DNA of 63,612 nucleotides, counting the filler, from Aplysia californica (lineage: Eukaryota), in assembly GCF_000002075.1 (NCBI RefSeq). It is 4 parts of 4 records of this genome, joined end to end, with 100 filler letters (N's around TTAATTAATTAA, not from the genome) between each part and the next. Parts side by side here need not be neighbours in the genome. Positions count along the whole stretch, not along the records: positions 31,316 to 42,769 come from NW_004797432.1; positions 42,870 to 63,612 come from NW_004797525.1; 2 more parts are not named here. One strand, 5' to 3'. Positions 36,764 to 48,929 of the stretch are shown here, piece by piece; position 1 is the stretch's first letter; every line of letters begins with the position of its first letter. A model generated the notes under the pieces. It was not told the origin of the DNA. It searched no databases and worked only from the letters and a program-made list of their open reading frames with translations. The translations under genes were made by a program, and so were the position numbers.

Positions 36764-36998
36764 CAGTCTAGCACGCACATTGGGAAATCAGCGAGACATG
36801 GAAATCTTTTCGTTATGCATGAATTTCGCTGTGTATGTGTTTTAAATAGAAAGAATACATATTAAGAGAAAGAAAAAATTTGGGACTTGAAAATCTGTTC
36901 ACTATGAGCATGTTTTGCTATGAATATCTTCACTAGATGAGTGTTCCCTATGCGCATGTTTCACTATGTGTGTGTTTGCTATGGCGCATGCTTGACTG
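36764..36998. mobile_element. pogo/Tigger-like MITE
   Basis: TA|cagtctagcacgc ... gcatgcttgactg|TA. Confidence 0.7.
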
Positions 36999-37068
36999 TA
37001 CAAAGCACACAGTTTCAAGACAAAAGCAAACATTGTGGTCAGTCCATAAGCCAGGTGTGTTCGCTCAC

Positions 37069-37217
37069 CTGTAACTTGGTGGCTCGCTTTCTCTCCTTCT
37101 CCGAGAGCACTTCTTGAGGCAGAATGAGGAGGCCCAGAGCGTAGAGGCCGTTAGCCTGCACTATCTGCTGTGCGCTGCTGTCCGTCAAGACTAGCTCCGT
37201 CAGGGCCGCACAGCATG
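37069..37217 (-). CDS. NEK10: NEK10 exon (armadillo-repeat region)
   Basis: ACCAALTELVLTDSSAQQIVQANGLYALGLLILPQEVLSEKERKRATKLQ|gtgagc; 149 nt. Confidence 0.93.
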
Positions 37218-37312
37218 CTGTGTGGGACAACACAGAACATATTCCAATTTTTAAGCAGCCTCGGATACGCCAGTCATAAAAAAATCGGAATCTTGTTTTA
37301 TCCCACTTACTT

Positions 37313-37640
37313 TTACAAAATAATGAGGTCATATAGGTGCTGAAGATTAGCTATAGTTTTCGTAAGAGTTTTACGGCACTTGAAACAAGGTAAGATCATA
37401 TGAGTGCCGAAGAATAGATGTGTTACAAAAGAGTAATATACACAAAAAAGAAGGAGGAGGGATAAAGATGATAGATGTTTGATAGGAATGAAGGAACAAA
37501 CCACACCAGAGCATTCGCCAACCACCAACTGCCAAAGATTAGAGGTATTATATGATAAGGACAATAGGATGAGATATGGACAAGATAAGGGTAATAGGAA
37601 AGAAGGAGCAAACAAAACCAGAGCACCCACCAACCACCCA
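37313..37640 (-). mobile_element. Cluster of about three family A copies and fragments
   Basis: Reverse-complement family A heads near 37640 and 37527, tails near 37355 and 37313. Confidence 0.8.
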
Positions 37641-37868
37641 TTTTCTCTGTTAGCATATCATTGGAAAGTTGTTCAAATGTAATAAGTCTAGAAAGCAAAA
37701 TTTCTAAGGAGGAAGTAAAAAACTGGTTCATTTTTTTTATCAACAGTACCTACATAATGCATTTTTGTTCTCGCTTTTTTATTTCAATATTTAGAATTTA
37801 AATTTCGACAAAATATTTCTTGAGCACAAGTAAATGATACCACAGATTAAGAAACTGCAATAAAGAAA

Positions 37869-38094
37869 TGTGAGGTGTGCTGACAAATTCGGATTTCAGC
37901 CTGATGGCAATTGATCCATCAACTTGATAGGTGAAGTTTTTACAGTTTGTAAGTATAAATACTAAAAGACACGGTAGACTTGAAGAAAATGGCGTCAGTT
38001 GAAAAACTATTAATATTACCCCAGTGTCGATTTTCGGCCGACATCTCCATTCTTGGATTGCGAGAAGTAACTCATTTTGTCAGCACACCTCACA
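37869..38094. mobile_element. ~225-bp MITE (family E)
   Basis: tgtgaggtgtgctgacaaa / tttgtcagcacacctcaca; copies at 55064-55298 and 55452-55693. Confidence 0.85.
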
Positions 38095-38407
38095 AATATT
38101 TTTTGACAACATCTGAACAGCTGGTCGACAATATACATTTACGAGAGTGTTGACAGACACAGTAATAACCTTAAAAGTTGAGAGAAAACAAGATGCCAGG
38201 TAGAAATGGTGAGGCACACAAAAAAGTAGAACCTACTAGCCACATCCAAATACTCTCCACTATTAAAATGGTTGTACTATTAAGAGCACAAACCATTTCT
38301 TCAGTGAGGCAGTAACATTATCAAAAAACTGAACTACAAACTTTTACTCATACAAACAAAAATGTGTACACATAAACAAAACTCAAAACTAACAATGTTC
38401 AACATAC

Positions 38408-38444
38408 CTTTTCTCAAGTTGAATTGCTCATCAATGAATTCTTC
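38408..38444 (-). CDS. NEK10: NEK10 small exon
   Basis: ttccgcag|EEFIDEQFNLRK-G|gtatgt; 37 nt; phase 0 to 1 joins the flanking exons. Confidence 0.8.
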
Positions 38445-38549
38445 CTGCGGAAAAGAATAAAGAAAAACAAAGTCAACAATTAGAGTACAGACTAACCGAG
38501 ACAGGCACTATAAAAGAAGCAGTTTCTTAAACTTATTGTTTGTTTTGGT

Positions 38550-39050
38550 AAGTGCTTTACGGCATTCACAACTGCATAAGGTCATATGAGCGCACGTACA
38601 TTTTAAACATTTTCAGTTTTGTAGGAATTGTTTTACTTTGCCCTGTTGGTGGCCGAAGCCTACTCTTATCGATTTTAGGACAACCAATGGATCTTTAACG
38701 AGCGCAACTTGCACGCAGGACCCTCGAGATTTTTTGCCCTTATCCGAGAAGGGTAAGTGTTGGATCTTACCTACCGTAAGATCAGGGGGGTGGCTGAAAG
38801 ACAGCAGTATTGTAAGAAGGAGCCAAGGAGTAGCAGTAGAAAGGCTGCAGAAAGAGTCAGGAGGGGACAAACGGGACAAAGGGGACGGGGAGAGGGGGCA
38901 GAAAGTAGAGACGAAAGCAGACCACAGAACATGGTTTGAGAGCGGGAAAGGAGGCGAAAGTAGAAAATTTAGAGAAGAAAATTTTCCGTCGCTGTCAGGT
39001 TTCAAATGAGGGGCGAACGACGTAACCTCTTGACCACAAGAGCCCCCATC
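38550..39050 (-). mobile_element. Family B SINE, full length
   Basis: tRNA-like head near 39050, pyrimidine-rich body, Deu/Nin-like block, hairpin tail. Confidence 0.85.
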
Positions 39051-39547
39051 TTAAACTTAAAAGGACGCCAGAATGAAAAAGTAATTCCTTTTCTTTAATG
39101 CTGTGGTCTCAAGACAAAAATGAACTTATAGCTAAATGTAAAATTCTTTTTATATTTTCTTTGCAAACTTTGAATACACGCTGAATATCGATTAGCAACA
39201 GCTGGTTTTGAACTGAGTAGCTGCTAAATCTCTAAGAGATTACACTAAAAAGAGTTAGTCGGAGTGTAAAGAAAACAGAAAAAATCAAATTGTGTGTCAA
39301 GTCGTGGCAGTCATGGTAACAAAAACATCAAATTTAAAATATTAAAAAAAGTGGAGAGATGATGACAGGGAAACTAAGAGTTCAGTGCCAATTAATACAT
39401 TTCAATGTGACTCTGAGGGAGATAGTGTGCGCTTGTGTAGTATGTAGAAGTGTGAATGCATTTGTCTCAAAGTGTGTGCACTTGAGCGTATATCTAGCGT
39501 ATATGTCTGTCTCCGTGTGTATTAGTGTGAGTGTAAGTCTGGGTGTG

Positions 39548-39594
<47 letters not shown>

Positions 39595-40064
39595 GCCTGT
39601 GTGTGTGTGCTTAAATGTGCATGTGCATGTGTGAATGAGAGTTTGTGTGTTTGTATATATGAGAGAGAGAGACACAACTCAGTACATTTGTTGTTGAAGT
39701 TTACCACTGTAAGAGACACAATGTAGGTCTTTTGAATGTACATCACTTGATCACCCATCAGAACAGAGAGTGAGAGAAAATATTCGAGAAAAGAAGAGAA
39801 AAAATAAAAACAGATTCCACTCAGAAACAAACCCAAAACTTTCACAAAGGAAGTCAAGTTCGTTACCTTATACAGCACGCAGCCAGCTTCTACTCATTAG
39901 GGGTACAGAACACACAACATTACACAGCAAAGTTCGTAATCAAACAGAGTCCTGTGTGTGTGTGTGTGTGTGTGTGTGTGGCTTGTTAGTGTGTGTAGTG
40001 ACACACCTGTGGGGAAAGTTGTGCTTTCATAATTTCAAGTTGAAAAGAAGTACACCAGAGTACT

Positions 40065-40240
40065 ATTCTAGTAAGAGTTTTACGGTACTTGCAAAACAAT
40101 TAGATCATACATGTGCCAAAGATTAGAGATGTTACAAGAGAGTAACAAACACAAAAAGAAGGAGAAGAAATAAGGACAACAGATTTTGATAGGAAAGAAG
40201 GAGCAAATCACAGTAGGGCTCCTGTCAAAACATCCACCAT
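40065..40240 (-). mobile_element. Family A retroposon
   Basis: Reverse-complement full copy. Confidence 0.8.
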
Positions 40241-40778
40241 CAGAGAACTGCTGACTGTCTTTAAAAAGAGAGACAGAGTAGTGACTTAAGAAAAGAGGAA
40301 AACAAAAAAGAAAAAAGATACATTTCACTTTCAAACTGCCCACAAGCAGGATTATCATGAAATATAAATGTATATGTTTGAACATGATGGAAAAATTCCT
40401 TATCATATCAGATTTGAAGAAAGAGTAATTTTTTTTAGCCCATACCATTGCTTTGTGCTTGAAAAAAAAACTTTACAGGGCAGCGATGAGTATCTCATTA
40501 TTGCCACCTTTCAATATGTTTGCAAATTAATCTACAAATTCATCATTAAGTCTGGAGAGAGCATATGTCCAATGGCAAGGTATTTATGACACAAACTGGA
40601 CTGTTCCATTACAGTGATGAAAATTCCTCCCCATCACCCTTATCTAAACAAGAGTTTGGTTTTCAAAGTCATTATTGAGTAGAAATTCATGTCGTGACAC
40701 ATGTGTGCATACTTTTGGGGATGTCAGAGTGTGAGGGTGAGAAAGATGGTAAGTGTAACAACAACAGCACAACCAGAC

Positions 40779-40808
40779 CTTAACCCCTGTCTCTTTGCTC
40801 ACGGAGGC
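40779..40808 (-). CDS. NEK10: Candidate 30-nt in-frame microexon of NEK10 (ASVSKETGVK)
   Basis: tttttctgttgctctgtag| acceptor, AAG|gtctgg donor; phase 0/0 like the intron it lies in. Confidence 0.4.
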
Positions 40809-40864
40809 CTACAGAGCAACAGAAAAAATACATAAAATGTCAACACTTAGACCCATCACGTCCA

Positions 40865-41132
40865 TATATTATTATTCCAGCAGACCTGATAGCATTCTGA
40901 AACAATTTCAATTTCCTGGGAAGCATTCAGTGCAAGCTGCCATTTTACAGGCGCTAAAACACTAACAAACTGAAAAGATCTTTCGCTGTTTATGGCCGGG
41001 TACTCATTCACATCTGGGTCAAGTGAGGAAAATTTTTGTAAAGTGCCTTTTCCAAGGACACAATGTCATGCCTGAGGCTCAAATTCCCAAACCCGCAACC
41101 TCACAATTAACAGACTGGTAGCCTAACCACTA
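40865..41132 (-). mobile_element. Family C SINE, diverged
   Basis: Aligns by eye with 3882-4298. Confidence 0.75.
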
Positions 41133-41597
41133 AACTATAAAAGCTAGCCCCAACAGGCTTCCTAGCCTTGATTGATAAAATATAGATAGTTTAAAAACAT
41201 CACAGTCACAGACATTTAAAGCTTGTCCTAAAGTTGCTCATATCACATGTGCCTCCACAACCAAAACTATTAAGGCAATTTCCAATGAGTATATAGTTTT
41301 AGAAAGACACTAGTGGGTCATTTATCCCATCAGAACTGCTGAAACTAAGAGGATACAAACACTAGACATTTGTCAGAGATGATAATTGGCTAAGGAAAAA
41401 GAAAATCCTCAACTGTTCAGGGTCCGTGGAAACACATGCGCAGGGACATAAAACTTAAATACCACATTTTTATACACATCTTATATCAAGCAGTCAGGCA
41501 AAATCCAGACAATTTTAGAAATCTGGCTTTCAGGATTTATCCAGAAAATTGGCATCTCTGATTTATACTATACAGTATGATCCCCATCACCACTCAC

Positions 41598-41691
41598 CAG
41601 CTCCTCTGCCTGCATGGGTTTTCGATGAACTCCAGCACTCGCCACAGCTGTATTACTGGCATCGGTGCGCTCACTCACAAACTTGCGTTCA
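41598..41691 (-). CDS. NEK10: NEK10 exon
   Basis: tttcag|(H)ERKFVSERTDASNTAVASAGVHRKPMQAEEL|gtgagt; 94 nt, phase 2 to 0. Confidence 0.85.
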
Positions 41692-41979
41692 CTGAAATTA
41701 AATAATAATTATAATATCATTTATACCACTCCTATACAGGCTCTACAGCATGCTCTATATTGTACTTTATTTTCCAACCATCACAACCCCAGCAGAAAGT
41801 TTATACACTTTGATCATATGAAATATTTAGAGACATGCTAAACTTGAAGAAAATTGCACTGGTAATTGAAATTCTACAAATATGACCCCTGTGTCAATTT
41901 TCAGCAGATATCTCCACTCACATATTGCAACAAGTTAATCATTCTGTCAGCACACCTCACACATGTAAGACCCAAAGTG

Positions 41980-42166
41980 TTTTTTAATTTCAGTAAGAGT
42001 TTTACGGCACTTGCAACATAATAAAGTCATTCAGGTGCTGAAGATTATAGGGGTATTACAAGAGAGTAACAGACACAAAAAAGAAGGAAGAGAGACCAGG
42101 ACGATAGACGTTCAACAGGAAAGAAGGAGCAAACCACACATTCCAGAGCACCCTCCAACCACCCAC
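41980..42166 (-). mobile_element. Family A retroposon starting ~30 bp after an exon donor
   Basis: Reverse-complement full copy. Confidence 0.85.
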
Positions 42167-42195
42167 ATTTGTTCAGTAAGATATGAAGGACTCAC

Positions 42196-42330
42196 TGCAG
42201 TAGTGAAAGGATGAGGGGAATTCCTCCAAACTGTGAGATGTCCACCCGGCACTCGGCGTCATCACAGAGCAGCACCAGACACCAGACCACATGCCACAAC
42301 AGACTCACATTGTCACTGCTGGCCAGCTGA
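42196..42330 (-). CDS. NEK10: NEK10 exon (armadillo repeat); first exon visible in this piece
   Basis: QLASSDNVSLLWHVVWSLVLLCDDAECRVDISQFGGIPLILSLL|gtgagt; 135 nt, phase 2/2. Confidence 0.9.
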
Positions 42331-42354
42331 CTGTGGGGGGCAAAAATACACAAG

Positions 42355-42528
42355 GTTTTTCTTTTAGTTTAAGTAAAAGTTTTATTGCACTTGTAACACT
42401 TTCAGGTCATATAAGCACTGAAAATTAGAGAGAAACATACAAACAAAAGAAGGAGCAGAAATATAGAAGGTAGATGTCTAATCAGAAAAAAGGAGCAAAC
42501 CATATCATAACATCTATCAACTACCCAC
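42355..42528 (-). mobile_element. Family A retroposon, diverged, ending ~25 bp before an exon acceptor
   Basis: Reverse-complement copy with head and tail. Confidence 0.7.
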
Positions 42529-42769
42529 TAAAAAGCACAAGACGAGTTGTAAATTCCCAAAAGAGATACATGCTCCAAGCTTTAAGCATATCTTCCAGAT
42601 ATTTCTTTTAAAATTCTCTTCGTGAGTGAAAATAATCAACTTTACAAAGACAAGGCAAAAGTCACTATTAACAACACAGTCGGTCTCAGTTACTAAAACT
42701 TGTACAGATCAGTTTACTTTCAGTCTTGTTCTGAGTCTCAAAATGACTTTCAAACATCAAAGAAAATGT

Positions 42770-42869
42770 NNNNNNNNNNNNNNNNNNNNNNNNNNNNNNN
42801 NNNNNNNNNNNNNTTAATTAATTAANNNNNNNNNNNNNNNNNNNNNNNNNNNNNNNNNNNNNNNNNNNN
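42770..42869. other. Artificial contig-joining linker
   Basis: 44 N + TTAATTAATTAA + 44 N. Confidence 0.95.
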
Positions 42870-42991
42870 TCCGTCTCTCTCTCTCTATTAGCACAGTCAA
42901 ACCTGTTCCTAGAGTTACCTGTCCCAGACAGCCACCTGTACAAACAACCACTTCCCACCTCCCTTCTTGTGATTTTTATACATTTTAATAA

Positions 42992-43340
42992 AGAGATGCA
43001 CTAAATTCCTTGAATGGAAGAGAACAAGTCACGATATTTCACCTGCGAACACAACACATCCCAATAAATTCCTACCTTAATAGGATCCGCAAGGATACCC
43101 CACCCGACTGCCCGTTTTGTGACTGCCAGGATGAAACAGTATCACACCACCTCTTTAACTGCCCTGCACTTTGCGACATGCGTAGCACCTACCTAGCTGC
43201 CTCCCCAGACATTGGAAACACTCTATACAGCGACAAAGCACAGCTGATTAAAACCTGTAAATTCTTTGCCGTATCGACAGACTGAAGGGCTAGAACCCAA
43301 ATGGCCGCTGGATCGGAAAAGTAAAGTAAAAGTAAAAGTG
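42992..43340 (+). mobile_element. 3' end of an I-group (Ingi/Nimb-like) LINE with (AAAGT)n tail, inside a Tigger-like MITE (~42893-43430)
   Basis: IFHLRTQH...CPFCDCQDETVSHHLFNCPAL (C-terminal CCHC knuckle); second copy at 57942-58275, tail fragment at 25615-25655 (-). Confidence 0.8.
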
Positions 43341-43532
43341 TACATTATAATGATGCCACCTGTCTAAGACAATCACTTTTCACCTCAATAATAGATGGCT
43401 GGCTTAACTTAAACAATTTCAACTCTACTGTCTTAAACTTTCAGCAAAACATGCTTCACCATAATGTAAAATAAGTTGTTGTCGTTCAAACTGAGTTTAC
43501 AACTTTTAGAGATGATTCTGCTTCTCCCTCAG

Positions 43533-43879
43533 ATTTCGGAAACACCGATGATGATGATATAAAAATAGTCATTGGTAAGGATGACAAACCAATGACTCAG
43601 CCACCAGGCACAACAGCGAAACCATCATGGTCGCCTTCAATATTATCAACCCAGTCTTCTTCAACTCCCGCCCCTTCATCAACAGCAGCCTGGGCACCTC
43701 CGCCTACAAGACCACTGTCTTCAGAGAACCTGTTTGAAGAGCTAACAGACACGTCAAAGGAAGCTTCTGGAGAAGAGAGCGGCCACAAGAAGATGGGAAC
43801 AGATGGCGCCACCTCGTCCCAGCTGTGTTTATCCGCTTTTGTCATCGCTGTCTTAAGTTTGTGTCTTCGCACTTTGTGA
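43533..43879 (+). CDS. Putative terminal exon of a GPI-anchored surface protein (Ser/Thr/Pro-rich stalk and hydrophobic C-terminus)
   Basis: Acceptor ttctgcttctccctcag|; open frame FGNTDDDDIKIV...PGTTAKPSWSPS...GTDGATSSQLCLSAFVIAVLSLCLRTL*; GC higher than flanks. Confidence 0.6.
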
Positions 43880-44419
43880 GAGCAGTAGCTAGATGTACAT
43901 TACCTTGGGTTCTTTTCGTAATACTCGAAGTAAGATTTATATAATCAGTGGGTTTATTTCATTGCTATTTAGATGAGATTTATGATATAAAATTAATGCA
44001 GATCCGTGGGTTCGTCTTATTACTCTAAAAGCAAGATGTATAATATAATCAGTGAGTTGAACCCATGTCTTATAACTCTTGAAACAAGATTTATATAATT
44101 AATGAGTAGAACCTGCATCTCATTACCCTTGAAACAAGATTGATGTAGATCAGTGAGTACATGTTATTACTCTTAAAACCAGATTTATATTAACAATGGA
44201 TTTATCTCATTACTCTTATGTTCCTCTACCTTTTACTATAGGGCCTGTTCCACAATTATACCACAGACTGAGACTGTTTCAATCAAGGCAGCGAAGCGCT
44301 TAAACAAAATTTATTATGTAAGGGCTTTTATCTCATTACTCAAGATCTTGAATGACAGATTGTGTGAAGCCAGAAAGATAAGTTGAAATTTTATGAATGA
44401 GACAATGGTAATTCGAAGA

Positions 44420-44595
44420 GCAAAAGTAAAGTTGTTCCCGCATCCGATCCGGACATTGGGGATTGCCTTGTTAGTGAGACAGCTTCCTTGGCCTTCAGCA
44501 TAATGTGGTAGGGTGGCAAGTTCCTTTCCATGCTGCCTTTACTTCCCCAACTCGAAGTCAGGTACCAATTACTGTTGGGTGGACAGGAGGGGGCG
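44420..44595 (-). mobile_element. SINE 3' part (family H) with CORE-like block and acttt tail
   Basis: Near-identical copy at 57197-57368; minus strand acccaacagtaattggtacctgac...acaactttactttt. Confidence 0.7.
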
Positions 44596-45733
44596 AAAAA
44601 AAATCCGTGTCCGAATTCGAAGAGTACTGGGGAAAAAATTGATGGTGTCTTAACCATAGCCCTTTGTTTTAGATTCCGTTTGTGTAAAAATTAATTAGGC
44701 CTACATAAAAAATTTATATTTGTCTGAAGTAGATCACTAAATAAATATTTCAAAAGCAGAGCATAAACACCTTAATCTTTTTGAGCCATACCCGGCCTAA
44801 AACGGGCTTCCCATCATGTTGGCATCATACTGGCTTTCCCGCTCTTTAGCCATACCGGCTTTTACCGGTCGAACGCACCCGCCTTTAGTGCAAGCTTGGA
44901 AAAAAGAACAATCCGCTCTAAATTTAGATGCTAACGTCCTGGTCCTTGTTTGTGAAATTTCATTGAAATGCGTCGTTTAGATCGCAAGCAAAAGCAATTT
45001 CTGTGCGACACCGTCCCTGAACCTCTGAAAAACACTGAAATACTTCGGTTCTGGAAAGTCATCAACTGGCCGCCATTTTGGTTGTGCTGTGCTGACCTGC
45101 TGACCTTTTCATGTTGCTAAGAGACTAAGAGGGTTAAAAAATTGTTTACATGATAGAAATAGGAAGTCTCTGGATTTCAATTTCTAGTTAGTAGAAAAAT
45201 GTAACATCAGTAGTTTTTTTCTTGCAGTCTTCTATTTTTTGTGTGTTCTTGTTCACTTTTGTATAGCAAACAAGATGTTTTGGGGTGGCTTGTTTCTTGT
45301 TTTTCTTTGGGGGGGGGGGGGGGGGGGNNNNNNNNNNNNNNNNNNNNNNNNNNNNNNNNNNNNNNNNNNNNNNNNNNNNNNNNNNNNNNNNNNNNNNNNN
45401 NNNNNNNNNNNNNNNNNNNNNNNNNNNGGGGGGGGGGGGGGGTTGTTGTTAAAATTGTCAACCCTACGCCAAGCGATGTCTTGTAAGAATGAAGTTGTCT
45501 ACCGTGAAAACACCATTAACCTGTCTAGTGTGGTGCTGGACTTTCAAAAAGGCAGCCATGCATCCACTTCTTCACAAACTTTTAACCTCAGTACGAAAGC
45601 TGTTGTGAGCGTGAGAAATTTGATATGCTCAGATTCTGTCAAATTGTTCTTTTAATCCTTTTCCAAGAGCATGACATTTTGCTGACTCGTATCTTCTTGC
45701 AATTTATCTTACCTTTGCTTTCCTTTATTGATC

Positions 45734-45773
<40 letters not shown>

Positions 45774-47360
45774 GCCTACCTTTTTGTACACAGAAGTTAG
45801 ACTGAACTATTTCTGGTAAACCAAAGAATGATGTATTGAATATTCTTATGATGGTAGTTACTGTACGTTTTAGACGGTTTATGTCTGGCAATCTGTAGAC
45901 TGAGGACTATACCCTGCCAGGGATGAAAGGCATTGATGTACCTGTTGACTGCTTGTGGTCTATTTGATTGTTTTATTTGCCATCTGGCGTGTTGGTCAGT
46001 GGCAGGGGGTTACGCCTAGCCTATTGTATTGTTTGGTGCAAGTGTGTAAAGCAGAGAGAGTGAGTGAGTAAAGTGTGAGTCTCAGTTCAGTTGTATTGTT
46101 TAATGCAAGTGTATTATGAAAGCAGTCTGGATTACTACAGGTCAGACTTTAAAGGGGAGAGCTGTAGCGAGGCAGTGGAGGCCTGTTGAGAGTTCGGGTG
46201 GAGAACAGGTTAGTTAGAGCCTCGGTTTATTTCTGTGTTGTGTGTGAGATTCCGACGCATCGGGGCCCGATCGCTGAGGAAAGGATCACCATCTGGAGAG
46301 AAACAGGTTTGGCTAACCCCTGTTGTAAACCCAGGCAGACAGAAGGTTAGGGTTTAACATTATTTGATGTTCAAGTAACAACACTGCTTCTACATGGGTG
46401 AGTTACCTTTGTGACTGACTGCAGTCAAGTAGTTGTACTGTACATGTTGTTTTGACACTAAGAATCGTTGAGGTCAGTGGAAAAATACTTCTTACTAGCT
46501 CTCAATTGGACTTAATTGTAGTTGATCAACGTCAGGGTGAAAATCCAAAGAAACTGGTTGGTAAACATCGCCGATCGGTGAGATGAGGCGGCAAAGTGTT
46601 AATCAGCTGCTTGCACTGTGTATTTCTGAGAAAATTTTAAGTGTTTTAGGGTCTGCTGGGGTAATAATATAGATTGTGCAGCACATAGACTTACTGCTGA
46701 AGAGGGATATGCGCTTTACCGATGTTATCAATTACTGTACAGAAATGCAAATTATTGATGTACCAGTCAAAATTTCTGACCTAAAAAATATAAGTGGTCG
46801 CATGCTCATGTAACCGTATAATGATAATGGTCATTAGGATAATAATAAGAAGGAAAAAATAGTAGTAGTAATACTAATAATAATAATATTATTGTGACTG
46901 TTAGCTTCCCAGGAGGTTAAGATTGTTTCAGAATGCTATCAGATCTGCTGGGGTCATCACATAGATTGTAAAGCACATAGAACCACATGGTGAGATTGTG
47001 TCATTACTTGCGCTATGCAAATGTTTATTATTTAATTTTATGACTGATAATCCCCCTAAAACTACAATGGTAGTAGCAGAAGGCAGTATTCGTTATGATT
47101 ATGGTAATGGTCATGATAATATCAATATTACTGATAATAGTTATAATAACAATGATGATAATTATAATAATGATATGATAATAATAGTGAAATTAGTAAG
47201 TACAATAACAATAATGTTGATGATGACGATAAGGAGGTGGAAGAGGGGACGAGGGGGGGGGGGGGGTGGGTGAGGAGAAGATAAGTCTATGATGGATGGC
47301 TCACTTAGCACAAGAGGTGATTGAGCGTCGCAGGATTTTGCCAGATGGTTTTGAGCAGAT

Positions 47361-47538
47361 CTGTCCCCATGGTTTTATGCACCCCGCATAATTTAGCAAA
47401 ATTTGATCATTTTTTGCATAATTTCTGATTATTTTCCTTTGTCATTCTTTGTTAAAATTAACATAATCACATAATTTCACATTTTTGGGCTCAGTTTGCA
47501 TAATTTCAGAATTTTTCTTGCATAAAACGACGAGGACA
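47361..47538. mobile_element. Family G MITE, inverted relative to 26597
   Basis: ctgtccccatggttttatgc / gcataaaacgacgaggacag. Confidence 0.85.
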
Positions 47539-48929
47539 GACAGATATATTGAATGACTTTGTGGAGAAGTCATAACCCTGTGATGTCGGATTGAGGCTAC
47601 AAGATGGAAACGTTTTATTTTTCTCATCAACACTCTCCGTCCACAGCAAACTTAATACATTATGGTACTAGATAGTACCGGTACCTTGGTTTGACTGGCA
47701 TCAGCACCAAAGGAAATCTTGAAAATTTGAAAGTTTGGAAGGAATAACAACAGCAGTGATCCCAAGATGTTGCGAACATGGACATTTATCGAGTCATAGA
47801 TTCTAGTTTGTGTTCTGATAAACTCCTGCACGTAGATACTAGTCTGATTCTCTTGTCTTTACCTTGCCATCAGGTATGTTCTAAATAGGTGAGGGAGTGA
47901 AACTAATGTTTGCACCACTTGTTCTCACTTAAATGAACCTTTGCAAAAGTCAAATATCTGCTCTTATCTATAATCCGTTCCTTTTTCTGTGTCGTCTATC
48001 CCCCATCAAATTCCTTCGGCGACGGATGAATGCAGTGGTTGTAGGCACAACTCTGCATGAAAGGTGGCCATGGGCTTTGGTTGTTTTCCTGCTTAAGTAA
48101 CAGGGAACACTGTATGGATGTACTTGTTTTTCTTGTACTGGGTATTGTGATGTCATGTGAGCCTTAATTTTAAAGAGGCGTAAACCAGGCTTTAAAGTCT
48201 CATATATATATATATATTTTAAAATATATAAAATATATAGGAATATATATATACAACTGTGTATAAAAAGAAGCCCAAGGCCAAAATCAGAAAAGTCCTC
48301 GCAGCTTTCATTTTGTCTTTTACCTTTTTGTCCCTCTCCGAGGGTGAGATGTGGGTGAAGAAATGAAAACATTCATTCCTTTTTGTTCACATAAGCTGTT
48401 TACAGCTGCTGTGTGATTTTATTATTTCAAAGTTCCTTTTTCTGAAATGATTAGTTCCTTTTTCTGAAAGGATTTGTTCCTTTTTCTGAAAGGATTAACC
48501 TTCACTTAAGTGCCTCTCAAAACTGCTCATTTTTTCTTTGGTTTGCTACTCAATGTCCATCTCTGTATCCACCTCATAAATAACCTTACAATGCGTTATG
48601 GGTACTAAACCTATAGTAACACACATTTCTTCTCCGTAATTCTAATTATCTTTTTAATTTTTTTGCAATTACAAAATGCAGATTATCTAGAAGTGACTGC
48701 AATGATTTTGAAATTAATTTGTTTTGACGTCAAACTCATCTGTGATTGTTTTTTGTTTTTTATAATGGCTGTTGCCCTAAAATAAATAAGGCGTAGAATT
48801 CCTAGAAACAGTAGAGTTTTTCTCATACAAACGGCACCCAGTTGAAAATGTTTGTCAAGGAACAAGAGCTGTGTCGTGAAAGAAGAGAAAGCTGCTGTGG
48901 ACAACAATTTGATGTGTTTGTATGTCTGA

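Noticed and set aside
39867-39892. Second NEK10 microexon (donor AAG|gtaacg)
   Set aside because: Available acceptors give 20, 23 or 26 nt, none frame-preserving in a phase-0 intron
44771-45137. piggyBac-type MITE bounded by TTAA
   Set aside because: The left end matches the right TIR poorly and there is no second copy in the window
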